Shown: in pieces, positions 25,668-59,709 of the stretch
How positions within the stretch are numbered: the first letter of the stretch is position 1
Layout: every line of letters begins with the position of its first letter
Assembly: GCA_963693365.1 (NCBI GenBank)
Contig: CAVNZM010000016.1
Span: 1,054,005 to 1,118,004 of the forward strand
Length of the DNA: 64,000 nucleotides
Source: Amoebidium appalachense
Taxonomy: Eukaryota; Protista; Ichthyosporea
Reading direction: 5' to 3'
Translations under genes and position numbers: made by a program
The notes under the pieces: model-generated
Database searches by the model: none
Told to the model about the DNA's origin: nothing
What the model saw: the letters and a program-made list of their open reading frames with translations, nothing else

Positions 25668-26197
25668 GACATGGATGGGGGTGTTCCCCGGCCCTTAGGG
25701 CCACGGATGGCCTGGTTTAGGGGTGGATGCGCGAAGGATACTATTTATTAGCAGATAATAAAAAGCGACATTTGAATCGATGTGTGCGCTATGAATCGAT
25801 GTGCGCTATGAATCATATATATCTATACTCAGTATATATACCATGGCATATCAAAGTATCGAGCCTCGGAGGGAGAGCCTGCGGAGATCTGATCGGGGGA
25901 GAAGAAAGACCGCGGTATATAGGTAGACAAGGGAGGGGGGGAGTGTGTGTGTGTGTGGCCTCGAGTGGGGGGAGGGGGGAGGGGGGAGGGAAGAAAGACG
26001 GATCGGGAGAGAGTGAGAGATGTAGAAGGCCAAGAGAGAAAAAGAAGCAGAGACAGAGAGACGGAAGGACAAGGAGGGGGAGGGAGGGAGGGGGGGGGGG
26101 GTGGAGAGGGCGAGAGGAGGGAGGGAGGGGGGGGGGGGGGAGTGAGCAAGAGAAAGAAAGGGAGGGAGGGAGGGAGGGAGGGAGGGAGGGAGGGAGG

Positions 26198-26248
<51 letters not shown>

Positions 26249-26267
26249 GGAGAGACAGAGACAGGAC

Positions 26268-26332
<65 letters not shown>

Positions 26333-26343
26333 GAGACAGAGAC

Positions 26344-26395
<52 letters not shown>

Positions 26396-27226
26396 GGGTT
26401 ACTGTAACACTCATACTATTTAGTCCAACACAGATCAGCCCAAGCAGGTTGTACAGCTCCATGACCATACAACAGGTCTATGCCTGCGGTAGGGTTTCAA
26501 TTGACTTGCCGATAAGATCCGACTTGCAGTACTAAAAAACCATTCAAGAGCACAGGACTTACAACAGTAGTTATCACATCAGCATACTGCATTGCATGCT
26601 CAGAGCCGTAACGTTATCATCGACCTACCCTCCTTCCCCCCCTCCCCCCTCCCCCCCCCTACCCCCCCCCCCACACACACACTCACTGATCACCGTGCAC
26701 ACGTATACACACTCCGTGGGGGGCGCCGGCATTGTTACTACTAGCTCCATCCCACCCTCCCCCTATCCTCCCTACTAGTAGTGCCCCCCCCCCCCCCCCC
26801 CTTACATGCTAGGACCCCCCCCCCCCCCCCCCCTCAACACGTGTACACACAAGTTACCCTTACATCGCTACAAAACAAGGACAAAAAAAAGAAAGAAAAA
26901 AGACTACAGGGGGGAAAGAAATGGAGGGGGGGGAATGTGTGTGTGGGTGTGTGTGTGTGTGGGGAGGGGGGTTGCGAAGTTGGGTGGACCTGTGGGGGTT
27001 GGGTGTGTGTGCGCAACTGACAGTTCGCTGATAAGATGGGTGCTTGGCGATTGTACAAATGTGCTTGTGGGTGGGTGGGTGGGTGGGCGGGCGGGTGGGT
27101 GGGTGGGTGGGGGGGGGGGGGGGGGGGGGGGGGGGGAGAGGGGGAGGGAGCGAGACCAACATTCTGAAACTGAGACCATCGGATTTTCTTAAGCTTGCCC
27201 CTCTGGCCCTTCTACTTGCCCCACAC

Positions 27227-27265
<39 letters not shown>

Positions 27266-27631
27266 TTTCCCCCCTGGATAACGCCAGTCGATCATCTAAT
27301 CTGACATTGCATTACAGCACCGTTTTAAATTGTAAACATGTACATACACCCAACGGATATTGGGAAGACGGTAAAATTTGTAAAATGTGCAGTGCACAGG
27401 TACCAGAGTCCTCCCCATCAGCCTCACTCAAAGGCCCCTTCTACGCAGTGTCTAACAGTTGGATATCCTGTCCCCCCTCCCCCCCCCCCCCCCCCCCCCC
27501 CCCAACCACCACCACCCGACCCCTCGGGAGCTCCATTCACACGCCAATCAACCCGGCAGAAATGATTATACAAACTTCCGTTGCAAATCCTCTTCAGTGC
27601 CTTTGGAAGTACCATACCCCCCATAAAATCG

Positions 27632-27672
<41 letters not shown>

Positions 27673-27759
27673 ACTACCACCACCACCACCACCACCCACC
27701 CTTTCCTCCCGTGCGGGAGCGCTGCGCTGCGCGAGCGAGCGCGCAAACTTGCAAACAAA

Positions 27760-27815
<56 letters not shown>

Positions 27816-28550
27816 CACACACACACACACACACACGTACTCAAACATACACATGAATGTGCCACACTATATACATCATAATGCCGAAGATTAACTTACA
27901 TATATAGGTACATAACCCACCAAAGACCTGGCAGGCTTTTCAGCATTTCATTTTCGTTTATTCCTTTATTTCATTTCATGATTTCCAGGCGGCTTTGGTG
28001 TAATTTTCGGGCCCTTATATAAAAATATAAATTAGACTATCACATTGCCCGGTGGGTGCTTACCTCTTGGAAGGTTTGATACAAACCAAGAAAACATGAT
28101 ATGTGGTCACTTGGATATATTTGTAGTGGTAATTTAGATATATATCCACTTGACATATTGGGTACAAGGCCCCGTGCTGTATTTTACATTATTTCAACCG
28201 CGCGTCACGGTAAGATTTCCCGCATGCCTAACCAAAAAAAAAAAAAAAAAGAAAGAAAGAAAGAAAGAAATCGAAAGGAAAATAAAATAAATAAATAAAA
28301 AAATCATAAAACCAGCATCCCTTAGATGTGGAAAAGAGAAAACATGAAGTGGCACAACTTCTAAATGCCCATTATTCGTGGACATAGTATACTGCATAAT
28401 ACTAAGATATATCTTATGGTTTTAACTATCTAATCGCACGTCATTTGCTTGTTAGGCATTGTTTCTATTTTTTGTGTTTCGTCCTTTTTTTTGCCCTTAG
28501 GTGGGTGGATCAGTGGGTTGTGGTGGTGGTGTGTGTGTGTGTTAGTTTTA

Positions 28551-28584
<34 letters not shown>

Positions 28585-28630
28585 GTTTTAATGTGTGTGT
28601 GTGTTAGTTTTAATGTGTGTGTGTGTTAGT

Positions 28631-28691
<61 letters not shown>

Positions 28692-29010
28692 GATCCAGAT
28701 AGAAGGTATCATATATCTAGAAGATACACGTGACGTAAAAGATAATCATATGTGGAAGCATATGCAAAGGATATAACAAGTAAATGTACTGAACCGAAGG
28801 GGGCCCCAAAAAAATACACCTATTCAATTTCCATCAATATTTAGACGTTGTTAACCAACTAATGAGCCGGTATTTTTTTAAAACAAACAAACAAACAAAC
28901 AAACAAACAAACAAACAAACAAACAAACAAACAAACACCCCCCCCCCCCCCCCCCCGGAAATTCAATAGATCAGCCGGAAAAAACAAAACCCCCCCCGAA
29001 ACCCCCCCCC

Positions 29011-39907
<10,897 letters not shown>

Positions 39908-40106
39908 GATGAGGAAAACACACACCACTTTGGCAGAGTTTCTTTTTGGTTGTGAAATGAAGAGCGTTTGGGTTTCGGGGAGGGAAAGAGTGTAGGGAAG
40001 AAGGGTAGGTGCATGTGTTGGGTGAGGGAGAAGGGGGTTGAATAGCACGTGAAAAGAGGGAGATGCAGAACATGTGTTGGTGTGTGTGCATGTGTGTGTG
40101 TGTGTG

Positions 40107-40184
<78 letters not shown>

Positions 40185-40233
40185 TGAGCCGAGTGTGCGA
40201 GCGTGCGTGCACACACATGTGGAGGAGGAAAAG

Positions 40234-40272
<39 letters not shown>

Positions 40273-40433
40273 GGTGTTCAGGGTGAAGGGGGATGTTGCG
40301 ATGATTGTTTGTGTGTGTGCTTTGGGGGGGAGGGGGAGGGAGGCAAAGGGGTGAGTAATACTTCGATCTGAAAAAAGGGTGTAGTGGATGGAAAAGGAGT
40401 TTGGCATTCACATGAGTTTTAAACAATAATAAC

Positions 40434-40468
<35 letters not shown>

Positions 40469-40643
40469 TGAGGAATATGAGGATATGTATTTCGAGTGAA
40501 TGGGGTGCACAGCGTAGGGTGGGGGGCGGGGGGGCAGGGGGGAGAGGGGCAGGGGGGAAGGGGATAGACCCCCATGAATAGTTTGTACTTGTGTGGATAC
40601 ATGTGCCTGTCTGTACGCGTGTGTGAGCAGTGAGTGTGTATGT

Positions 40644-40731
<88 letters not shown>

Positions 40732-40918
40732 CGTGTGCGCGTGTGTGTGCGTGTGCGTGTGCGTGTGCGTGTGCGTGCACGCGCACATGCGGGCCAGGTT
40801 GTGCGCATGTCTTATAATGCAAACATAAACACGATGAGCTTTAGCTTCTTCGTGTATTTGTGCACATCTACGGAAAAGGGTGTGGTGGATGGGGGAGTTA
40901 GGGGGGAGGGGGGGAGGG

Positions 40919-40956
<38 letters not shown>

Positions 40957-41915
40957 CCCGCTGGTGCGTAAGAACATTTTGTTTCACTGGGCTCATCTGC
41001 TCGTCTCTTCCTTCACTAAAGACCTAAACGTTTAATTTTTGAAACAGCGCACATGTTTAGTGTAGGTATGAATTGTTTCAGAAAAACCAAGCCCTTCCTT
41101 GAACACTGTAAAAGTTACCATCGCTTGGCAGGAAGGCATATTAACATGTAGTTGACAACAGAGCGTTTTCAAAGCGTGTAGTGCCAAGAGTTACAGCTCC
41201 TTTTAACATGCAAAGCATTGTGGGGCAGATGGTTGTGGGGGACATTAAACCCGAAGAGCGGAACCAGGCGTGCGAGACAGGTGCTTGCTACAGGTGAAAC
41301 GTATGCGTGTGTATCGAGAAAGCACCCAGGCATCAACATGAGTGAATCGTTTGTTCACTGAGGCCGGGTACCTACCTGTAATTCACCAGACCAAAATGGC
41401 GCCTTCAATGTGGATTTTTAAAACGTTTTCTAATCTCGTTCTTGACTCTACACTGTACCTTTCCAGCTCTTTATGCCACCAAAACGCAACCCCTCTCAAT
41501 CCCTGTCCTTTACACCACAACACCGGTATCCGTTGTCCGAATCCCGAACCGAAAAACAATACAAAACAAGTACACTTTCAGGAAATATGCACAAGCAAGC
41601 TAAAAATTCCCTTCTGAATCTCAAAAAAGTAGTCGTCTTTTTCTAGGTCTGTGTCCCAGGCTCGATAGACTCAGAGATCTTCGACAGCTGTTTTTTTCGT
41701 CTTTTCGTTTCGTTTGCTCCTCGTTTTATCTTTGCGTCAGCAAAGCTATCTGCATCTGTGAGTCACTGAGCCACTGCATACGATTGGCTAATCTAGGATA
41801 CGCAACAATAGATCATCCAATCAAAAATCAAATAAATGCTGGATAACTTCCCTCCCCCCTCCCCCCCCCCTTGATCATGACCATACCTCTCCTATCCATA
41901 GATCTCTATCCAGTC

Positions 41916-41993
<78 letters not shown>

Positions 41994-42024
41994 ACATTCA
42001 CTCTGAGTGCTGTCTTCCCTGCGG

Positions 42025-42061
<37 letters not shown>

Positions 42062-43144
42062 TCGCAGGCGTAGTGGTGCCCGGCCACTTACGTAAGCCAG
42101 TAGGTACATATCCGGGAGACTACCCCCCCCCCCCCCCCCCCCCCCCCCGGCCCCAGCAAACTTTAGTACCGAGAACCATTCGGTCCCAAAGTCTCCAGGC
42201 CTCGCCTTGCCTCTCTCCCCCAAGTGTACGTCTTTTACGTCTGATGGTGAAGTCCGCAAGACCCCACACCGCGGGTGGCATTTTGCTTGAGTCAGGACCT
42301 GGCAATGGCCATATGGTGTCACAAAAAATCCTCCTTTACTCGACTCGTCATGAATTTACTTTGAATATCGACTCAACGACCACGATTTGAACTTGCAAGA
42401 TGTAATAAATTCGTCCTGCTTTTTATTTCAATATTTAACATTAATCTATAAAAGGCATACGGTCCTTCCAAAAAGTTCGTATACGTACAATACCGTGACT
42501 CCAATGATATATCTTTTTTCGTATGCATAAAAAAAAAAAAAAGTAATTCATAAATTGCAGGGAGGTGTATGATACCCCCGTGTAATATCGCCAACACATA
42601 TTCAAAGCCAAAAACAAGGGGGCACGGTGGCTATATGTGCTCATTTTCAACCCCCCCCCCCCCCCCCCCCCCCCATTGTCCCCCTCCTCCTCAAACAACA
42701 ACAGACACAGACACAGAAACAGACAGACAGCTGCAGACACACACACATACACATACATGCGCACACACAAATACACACACGCGCACACGCACGCGAGCGC
42801 ACGTTTAAAAAAAAAAAAATGAAAAGAAAAAAAAAAGCCTTAGGAAAACGAAAGAAAAACAAGAACAACAACAGCCCGCATAGTGACACCCGGCCCGCGT
42901 CGTGTCACTATCATAAAAAGCACAGCCAGCCAGCTATTGTTTACAATCTTCATAACATTCATTCAAAATGGAGAACGCCTAAAAAACCACATACACAGTC
43001 ATAATGGACAACTACAAGTTAGTAGTAGCAATTGTCATGCATTCAACAGGGAATAGAAGAGACATTACTTATTATATCAACAATATCCCTAAAAACAACG
43101 ACGTTGCTTCTATCAATAGCAACATTCTTCTAAAAATAGTGAAA

Positions 43145-52009
<8,865 letters not shown>

Positions 52010-53152
52010 TCTGTATATCTTCGTGTGTGTATCAACTCGTAAGACTCGCGATGATAACGATGATGTAAGTAAAACTCTAAAATTTGCTGCGTATATATCG
52101 TTAAGTGTTGGAAGTAGTTGCAGGTATGCGTCAGGCAGTGATGCACTGAAAGGGTAAACTGATGATTCATGTGGATGTGAAAAATCTGGTTGGAGCAAAC
52201 GAGGTTCGTTCCTTCCACACACACAACTGAAAGATTCCACAAAATACACTTCTGTTACTATTTCCTCGCAGAAGATGACTTTTGTTTCCTAACAAAGATG
52301 CAAAGAACTTCGAAAGCAAGTGTTGCGGCGGTGACTGGCAGCTGGCAGCTGGCTCAGTCTCAGCGCAGCTCAGCGCGAGAAAGTTTTGGGTGCCGTCATT
52401 GCGAACTTTCCATTTTTGGAATAATCATTTCCCATATTAGGTATTTGTGCAAAGTTGCTTTCAAAACTTGTTTTCGAAATTCGATGACTGCGCTTATCAT
52501 AGTTTAGCGTCCACTGAGGCCTAGGCCTAGAAAGTAAGAAAGGTACCTTTAATTAGTGGTAAAAACGCGTACGTAATCTGTTTAACAAGTCTATATTTAT
52601 GATGTTTACTATAATCCATCATGAAGGGGTAGCGAGGTGTGAAGAAAGTTACTCATCTCAAAAGAATGTTCACGAAAACAGCCAAAAAGCCGACGGTGGA
52701 TGATGATCATAGTGTTGCAGTGTAGTAATGCACTATAAAACATGTTTTCTCGATGGGCCTTGGTAAAGCAATATATTTGCTTTGTTCATAGAAGATTTGA
52801 TATCTATATGATTATTTTCACTGGCACGTACTGACTGTGCCCTCTAGCCTATGTACGATAAATCGACACTGGCTGAGCTATTTTTCAAGGTAGGTGAGTC
52901 ACGTGATCAGCCGCTCTCCGTATCGTCTGCGTCTCCTTGAAAAATAAGAGCTACCTCCGAAGGTAGCAGTTATTTTCAAGGTACAAAAGCCTGGTTCTTT
53001 GATGGAGGGTGATGATTCATCTAAAAATTTACTCTAATTGAGCCATTATTCCAAAAATCCCCGGGATATATGAGATGAGTAGGTTACTCATGCTCCATTA
53101 TGGGGAGGGCAGAAACCACAAATTTGAAACACGCACACGCGTGCGCGCGCGT

Positions 53153-53236
<84 letters not shown>

Positions 53237-53356
53237 GCGCGCACACACACCGCCACACACAGCACACAGCATGCACACTCGGACCCTCTCCCCCCTCCCC
53301 CCGCACACATACACGGTGTCTCACAAAATAGGTGTACACAACACACACCCTGCGCC

Positions 53357-53452
<96 letters not shown>

Positions 53453-54717
53453 TACACACAGTCAACACGATAACGATGGTCTATTCAAAATCTGCAGCTT
53501 TATTGGGAACCACACTAAGGCGTTGGTGGGTGGAGCTGAAGACCTTGAGAGGTTGAGGTGCCACAGGAAACAGCCCGAGGGGGGATGAGGAGGGGGTGGG
53601 AGGGGGGGGGGGGGGGGGGGGAGGGAGGGGTTTGGTGGAGACGGGGAGGGGGGGGAGGGGAGGGGGGGGGGGGAGGGGGGAGGGAAAGGGGGGGGGGGGG
53701 GGCGCGCGAGGGGAAGGGGGGGGGGGGGGGGGGGGATTGAGAAGGGAGCCTTGGCTCCTGGGGAGGGTGTGGGGGCCCGGGGGGGAGGGGGGGGGGGGGA
53801 GGGAGGGGAGGAGGCATGCTTCTTAGGTAATCTACCTCTGGGGGGGGGGGGGGGGGGGGGGGAGGGAAGGGGGTTTATGAACAGAAACGCGCATGAAGGC
53901 AGGGGGCTTATGTTCACGCATGAACACTGAAACACACACGAGAAGAGAAGATGTCTTGTAACTAAGATATCGCTGTAACTAACTAAATACTGCCACAGAT
54001 TGATTAGAAAAAGTCGGTCCGGCACGGTGACCGAGTAAACAGGCAGTAGCACCGGGCACATACTAATATGTAGTAGCTACCCACCCACTAAAATGATAAA
54101 ATGATTTGGGCTAGCAGTTAAAGGTTACCAGCGGCTACACAAAATGCAGCTAAACGGCAGGCTAGTGCTTAATCATATAACGTGATGTAGAATATATTCA
54201 GTTAAAATTTTAACTCAAGCTAAGAAGAACACTTCGTCTGGTTTTTTACCTACTGTAATATCGCTTTTTGGCCCAACTTACCAAGCGCTCCAACGTGTTC
54301 TTGTATGCTTCAATGATCCATATGCGTAAACGTACGGCACAGACAACCGTGACAAGAGATGTACGTTCACACAAGTTTTATCAATTAGTCTATACATGTG
54401 CAAGTACACACACATGCATCACGAGCCCCGGTATTCACTCGCTAATGTGCCAAATATGGTCATATACACCCTTAACCAATTCATCACGAACACCGGTGTT
54501 TACACGATAATGTGCCAAATATGGTCATATACACCCTTAAATAATTTGTAAATCACACTCACGAGGAGTTAAGTACCCACATCTCGGTTAGACTATCGAT
54601 GTGACATGATGGCCAGAACCCTTTTAATTGAAATAATGCAGAAAGCCTAATTGGTGGGTGGGTGCTCGGGTGGTGAAGGGGAGGCACGGGGAAAAGGAGG
54701 GGTGGAGGGGGCATCAA

Positions 54718-54750
<33 letters not shown>

Positions 54751-54910
54751 GGGGAGGGAGGGAGGCGGGAGGAAGGCAAGGGAGGGGGGTGGGGGGGTGG
54801 GGGGCTGTTTCGGTTGCAATCGAGGAGAGATGGAGAGGGGAAAGAGCCGCTGTGGAGAAGTGCATCTGCCGATTTTTAGTCATTGGGTTTGATTGTTGCA
54901 CGGAGAAGAT

Positions 54911-54992
54911 AAACAAAATAAAAACCTGCTGAATTCGGATCCAGTATGATCCCTATGTACTGGATCCGAATTCAGCAGCTTTTATTTTGTTT
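54911..54992. repeat. Near-perfect palindrome (~36-bp arms) downstream of tauD
   Basis: aaacaaaataaaaacctgctgaattcggatccagta / tactggatccgaattcagcagcttttattttgttt. Confidence 0.85.
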
Positions 54993-55366
54993 TTCTGTTC
55001 ATGCCCAGTGCGAGCTGGAAAATCAATTAATGAAATACACACGCTCAATCATTAAGCTTAAACTAAACACTCCTCCACTGACACATGGAATCTATATTAG
55101 GTACTCAGTTGTGTGGCAATGTTGCGGCAGACACCCACAATCAAACGTTATGATACAAATCATCGAAACCGGGAGCAGGTATGATACTAGCAAACCAGAG
55201 GCAGTCTACGTATCATTTTTACTGTTGCCGCTTGCATTTACAAGAGATTCATATATATGATGAAAATCAGATTAGCGCTAGCACACTGTACCCTACATGT
55301 ACATCTGACACCATCAATCACTGGAAAAAAGAGTCGACAGGCCCCCGGCCGGAGCAGCCGTGGAAA

Positions 55367-56353
55367 TTAGAAGGGTTTGTCGCCAGCGAGGGTAATGCGA
55401 TGCACAACACGACGCTCCTTGGCCGCGTCAAAGTCTGCGGTAGCACGGTGCTGCGTCAGCCTGTTGTCCCAGAAAGCCACATCCCCGAGCTTCCACGACC
55501 ACCGCACCGTAAACTCGGCATGCTGAGAGTGCTCAAAGAGAAGCAAGAGAATGTGCTTGCTCTCAGTGTCGCTCACACCCACAATCTTCTTGGTGAAAAT
55601 CTTGTTCACAAAGAGCCCCTTCTTGCCAGAGACAGGGTGCGTGCGTACGACTGGGTGGACGACGGGGGGGAGGGTTTCCTTTGCAGCCACCCAATTCTCC
55701 CAAATCTTCTTGAGGGGACCCTCCGCGTTCTTGTACTGGCCATAGTACTCCTCCGAGAACGCGTAGGTGAAGCTATGTTCAGCCTGAAGGCTTTCCGCAA
55801 GGCTCTTCACGGGCTCAGAGAGAGCTTCGTATGCGGCGATCAAACTACCCCAGTGCGTGTCTCCACCAACGGAAGGAAGCACGCGGGGGACAAGCACGGC
55901 GCCGAGGGGTGGGTTGGCGTCGAAGGTCACGTCCGTGTGCCACGTGTTGTCGCGATAACGGCTCCCACCATCATTCTTTGAATACTTCAGAAACACATCG
56001 CTGTCGAGGACAAGCGCCTCGGGGGCCGCGTCTCCGCCGGCAGCCTGGTTTAAGCCACGCGACAGGGGGTGAACGTGAAGGCCGTGGGGGGCAAACTGCA
56101 GCCCGAACTCCTTCTGCTGTTCGGGCGTGATGTGTTGGTTCTCGAAGAAAATCACTCCGTGTTCGATGACGGCGGCTTCAATGGCGTCCCGTGTCTCCTT
56201 GTCGAGTGGTTTGGTCAGGTCGGCGCCCGCCACCAGAGCCCCAATGTGGGGGGAAAGCTTGCGAATGGTCAAGTTTCCCTTTTGGTAGACGGCGGAGGGT
56301 TTGCCTTCGGTGCCCGTGGTAGACTGAATGTCGACAGCTGCGGCGGGGGGCAT
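55367..56353 (-). CDS. tauD: Alpha-ketoglutarate-dependent taurine/sulfonate dioxygenase (TauD/TfdA family), intronless
   Basis: LSPHIGA, HGVIFFENQ, WHTDVTF (HxD), GGDT, HPVVRTHPVSGKKGLFVN, FWDNRLTQHRA (distal His), HRITLAGDKPF. Likely start ATG at 56353 (328 aa). Confidence 0.93.
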   Translation of the reverse strand: MPPAAAVDIQSTTGTEGKPSAVYQKGNLTIRKLSPHIGALVAGADLTKPLDKETRDAIEAAVIEHGVIFFENQHITPEQQKEFGLQFAPHGLHVHPLSRGLNQAAGGDAAPEALVLDSDVFLKYSKNDGGSRYRDNTWHTDVTFDANPPLGAVLVPRVLPSVGGDTHWGSLIAAYEALSEPVKSLAESLQAEHSFTYAFSEEYYGQYKNAEGPLKKIWENWVAAKETLPPVVHPVVRTHPVSGKKGLFVNKIFTKKIVGVSDTESKHILLLLFEHSQHAEFTVRWSWKLGDVAFWDNRLTQHRATADFDAAKERRVVHRITLAGDKPF

Positions 56354-58339
56354 TTTCGCGGAATGAGGTGGGGGTGTGCTGAGTGAGCAAATGTTATTAT
56401 TATTGCTGTTGTGCAATGAAACGTGTTCCATGGTTTTTGCCGTTTTATACCTGCACGGGGGGGGGGAGCAGGCGCAGCCGGCTGTTCGGCTACACGAGTG
56501 CATGCTTTTTTTTTGGTTTTTGGGGCCCTTCCAAACTGAACTTTCAGAATGTGCGTTCCGTGCACCGTGATTCCGGAACTGGGGATCTACAATGTACCAA
56601 TCAATCAACGAGAAATTAACCCAAAAATAGACCAGATCTCGAAAGTATGAATGAAGATTTGAAAACGTTAATCGGCTCAGAATCGGCTCATCGTCATCAT
56701 AAGGATGCATTGTGATTGGCTGTGAGAGCTGACCAATCAAAATCAGCGGGCATCATGGAAGTGTGGGAACTTGGCCCTCTGAACACAGAGCACAGGGCCG
56801 TGCTTGGAACCAGGCTAGGCAGCCAGGGTTCGAGGCTACACGTCCTGGTTTGGGATTCGCCAATAAAAATTTGGGAAAAGCGTTTGGGAAAATCCTGGGC
56901 GTGCACAAAAACATAATAAACAGACACGGCCCTCCTCCTCGCGATCGGCCCCCGGGCCCAGTGACCCACTGTCATACCCACGTGGCCCGCAGGGCCCGCA
57001 ACCCTCTTCGGATCCCCCTTCCCCCCCCGGCCCTGCCCGGGGCGGGCCCCCTCCCGGTCCCGGGCCTCCCCCCCCCCCCCCCCCCCCCCCGGGCCCCCCC
57101 TCCGTTTGCCCTCACTGGAAAAGAAACCCTCCCCCCCCCCCCCCCCCCCGCCCCCCCCCCCCCCACCCCCTTCCCCACCCCCGGGGTCCCCGGCCCCCGC
57201 GGCATGATCGATGGGCATGTGCACCAATACACGGCTGTGTACTCACCCACAGCCTCATCATCCCACTTGTAACCCACTACGTGATCATGAGTCCCCCCTC
57301 CCGAGGCTCGCCCTATCCCCGCCCCCCGCCTCCCTCCTCCGGAACCCTCCCCCTACCTCCCTCCCCTCCCCGCCCCATTCCCTCTCCTTCCCCCCTCCCC
57401 TCCCCCTCCCTCCCAGGGAGGCCTCCCCCCCCCCCCCCCCCCCCCCCCCACCCCCCCCACCCCCCCCCCCCCTCAAATCCCCGGAGGTTCTTTGGGCTAA
57501 TCCGGAAAAAAAAAAGTTTGGCGAATTCCCAAGCTCTTTTGGGAATTTCGATCCCTGCTTCAACAAAAAAGCATCGATCGTGCAAGTTGATCGACTCAGT
57601 TTGATGTGCCACAACAGTGATGCGTGATGCTATTGCGCAACTTGGTGGCAAATAAATGCACTTCCACCTAGAGTCAACTTGACAAGGTTCATATGCACTG
57701 CAAATAATGGTCACAGTATTATTATCATCTGATCATGGACGAAGACCGCAGTATGATAAGTATTTGAGGGAGATTCATTTGAGTTGTACAACATGTACAC
57801 AACAATGTCGTATGCGCATGCATGTGCAACTTTCATATAAAAGAAATGTGCAACTTGTGGCACCATTGATTGGCATCACGTGCACTTTAAAATAACTTCC
57901 ATGTACACACTAATATCAAATATTTGCCCGTTCGACTCGGCTACGGCATGTCCGAGTGATGATACCATAGTACATTATTGGGGCGTGGTGACAACGTTAA
58001 CAACCCCCCCCCCCCCCCCCCCCCCCGGCGCCCCCCCTCCCACACACACACACACAAACATATACCCCCCCCCCCCCCCCACCCGGCCCCCGCTCCCTCG
58101 TGATCACATTCACCCCCCCCCCCCCCCTCCCCCCCCCCCCCGGGCAGACCCAGTGGTACAATGCGTACATGCATGTACGCTGCGCCCCCACACCGTGGCG
58201 TACGCGCGCACCCAACATATATGTACACTCACCCGCACGTGCACAGACACACACTAGTTGAATTCGAGCGGTGTAGCTAAGTTCTGGGTTACACCTCTCT
58301 CGGTCTCCCTCCCTCTATCCTTCACTGCCCCCTTCTCGG

Positions 58340-58374
<35 letters not shown>

Positions 58375-58605
58375 CTCTCTCTCTCTCTCTCTCTCAATTA
58401 CACACACTCACACACCCACACACCCACCCACCCACCCACCCACACCCACACCCACACCCACACCCACACCCACACACTCTCTCTCTTTCTCTCTTTCTTT
58501 CTCTCTCCCTCTCTCTCTCTCCCTCCCCCCTCAGAGTCTCTCCCTCTCTACCTCTCTCTCTCGAGTTTCTCTCTCATTCTCTCTAGCTCTCTCTCTCTCT
58601 CTCTC

Positions 58606-58646
<41 letters not shown>

Positions 58647-59133
58647 TTTCTCTTTTTCTCTCCCCGGGCCTTCTCTCTCGCTATCTCTCTCGTTCTCTTT
58701 TTCAGGGCTCACCTACGCCCCCTCTCTCTCTTCCGGCTTTCCCCCTCCCCCCCAGGCTGCCCCAACCCTTTCATTAGTTATCAGCAACTAGCACCACCAC
58801 TGAAACACACCAAAGGCCTAGTTGATGGGCTGCATCTTCCACAATCCCCCCCCCCCTCCCCCCCCGCCCACCGCCACCGCCACCGCCACCCCAGGAAAAA
58901 AGAAAAAGAAAAAAGAAAAAAAGAAAAAGAAAAAAGAAAAAAAGGAAAAAAAAGAAAACGAACCGAAAAGAAATGAAGTGAAGTGAAGTCAAAAGAAAAG
59001 GGTAAAGATCACGAAACAAAAGAATTAAATGTATCGGAGCCTACAACTTTAAATGAAGAAGAAAAAGGCCGACATTAACTAGAGAAAAGTTTTGAAATTA
59101 AAACTTGCATGCTCGCGTTCACCCACCCCGTGG

Positions 59134-59191
<58 letters not shown>

Positions 59192-59501
59192 TCACCTCCC
59201 CCCTCCCCCCTCCCCCCTCCCCCCGCCCCCCCCCCCACACACAAGCCACGTTACTTGAAATGGTACTTTGGTTTCCCAGGGCTGTTATCGCAACAATGGG
59301 ACTCTGATTGGCCGTTTTCATATAAACGATTCGTTTTTATTAAAACGTTAACAACAAAAAAAGTAGGAATATGGGAGCGTAACCATTAGTGAACCAATTT
59401 ATAGCGTGAGCACGAAAAAAAAACCAAAAAAAAAACCACACACACACACCCACACAACAAACCCCAAACCGCAATCATCAAAGGGAGGAAGGGGGAGGTG
59501 T

Positions 59502-59532
<31 letters not shown>

Positions 59533-59625
59533 GGGGGGGAGGGGGAGTTCGGTGCACGAACGGGGACAAACAAAGAGAGCGTGGCAATGCATGTCAGCGT
59601 AGATTATTTCAATTCGATTATTACC

Positions 59626-59709
<84 letters not shown>

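Larger units (their letters stand above)
20945..25814 (-). mobile_element. Near full-length non-LTR retrotransposon (LINE; ORF1 plus APE-RT, no RNase H seen)
   Basis: Contains ORF1, APE and RT. Candidate 10-bp TSD ATATATATCT at 20935-20944 and 25815-25824. Short tandem (tgaatcgatgtg(tg)cgcta) at the 5' end. Confidence 0.85.

Noticed and set aside
25690-25725. Telomeric TTAGGG motifs near the LINE 5' end
   Set aside because: Only two isolated hexamers, not an array.
25829-27900. Many poly-Pro/Gly, His-Thr, Cys-Val, Glu-Arg and Ser-Leu ORFs, here and throughout the window
   Set aside because: They are translations of homopolymers and dinucleotide microsatellites.
42120-42305. Short complex-sequence ORF between LMBRD1 and MEAK7
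   Set aside because: No recognisable domain or supported splice partners; possibly a repeat remnant.
55181-55981. 266-aa plus-strand ORF, and similar antisense ORFs over LINE ORF1 and the transposase
   Set aside because: Antisense shadows of GC-rich coding sequence with no recognisable motifs.
56354-56740. 129-aa N-terminal extension of TauD in the ORF track
   Set aside because: Non-ATG start, promoter-like composition with CCAAT boxes; homology begins after ATG 56353.
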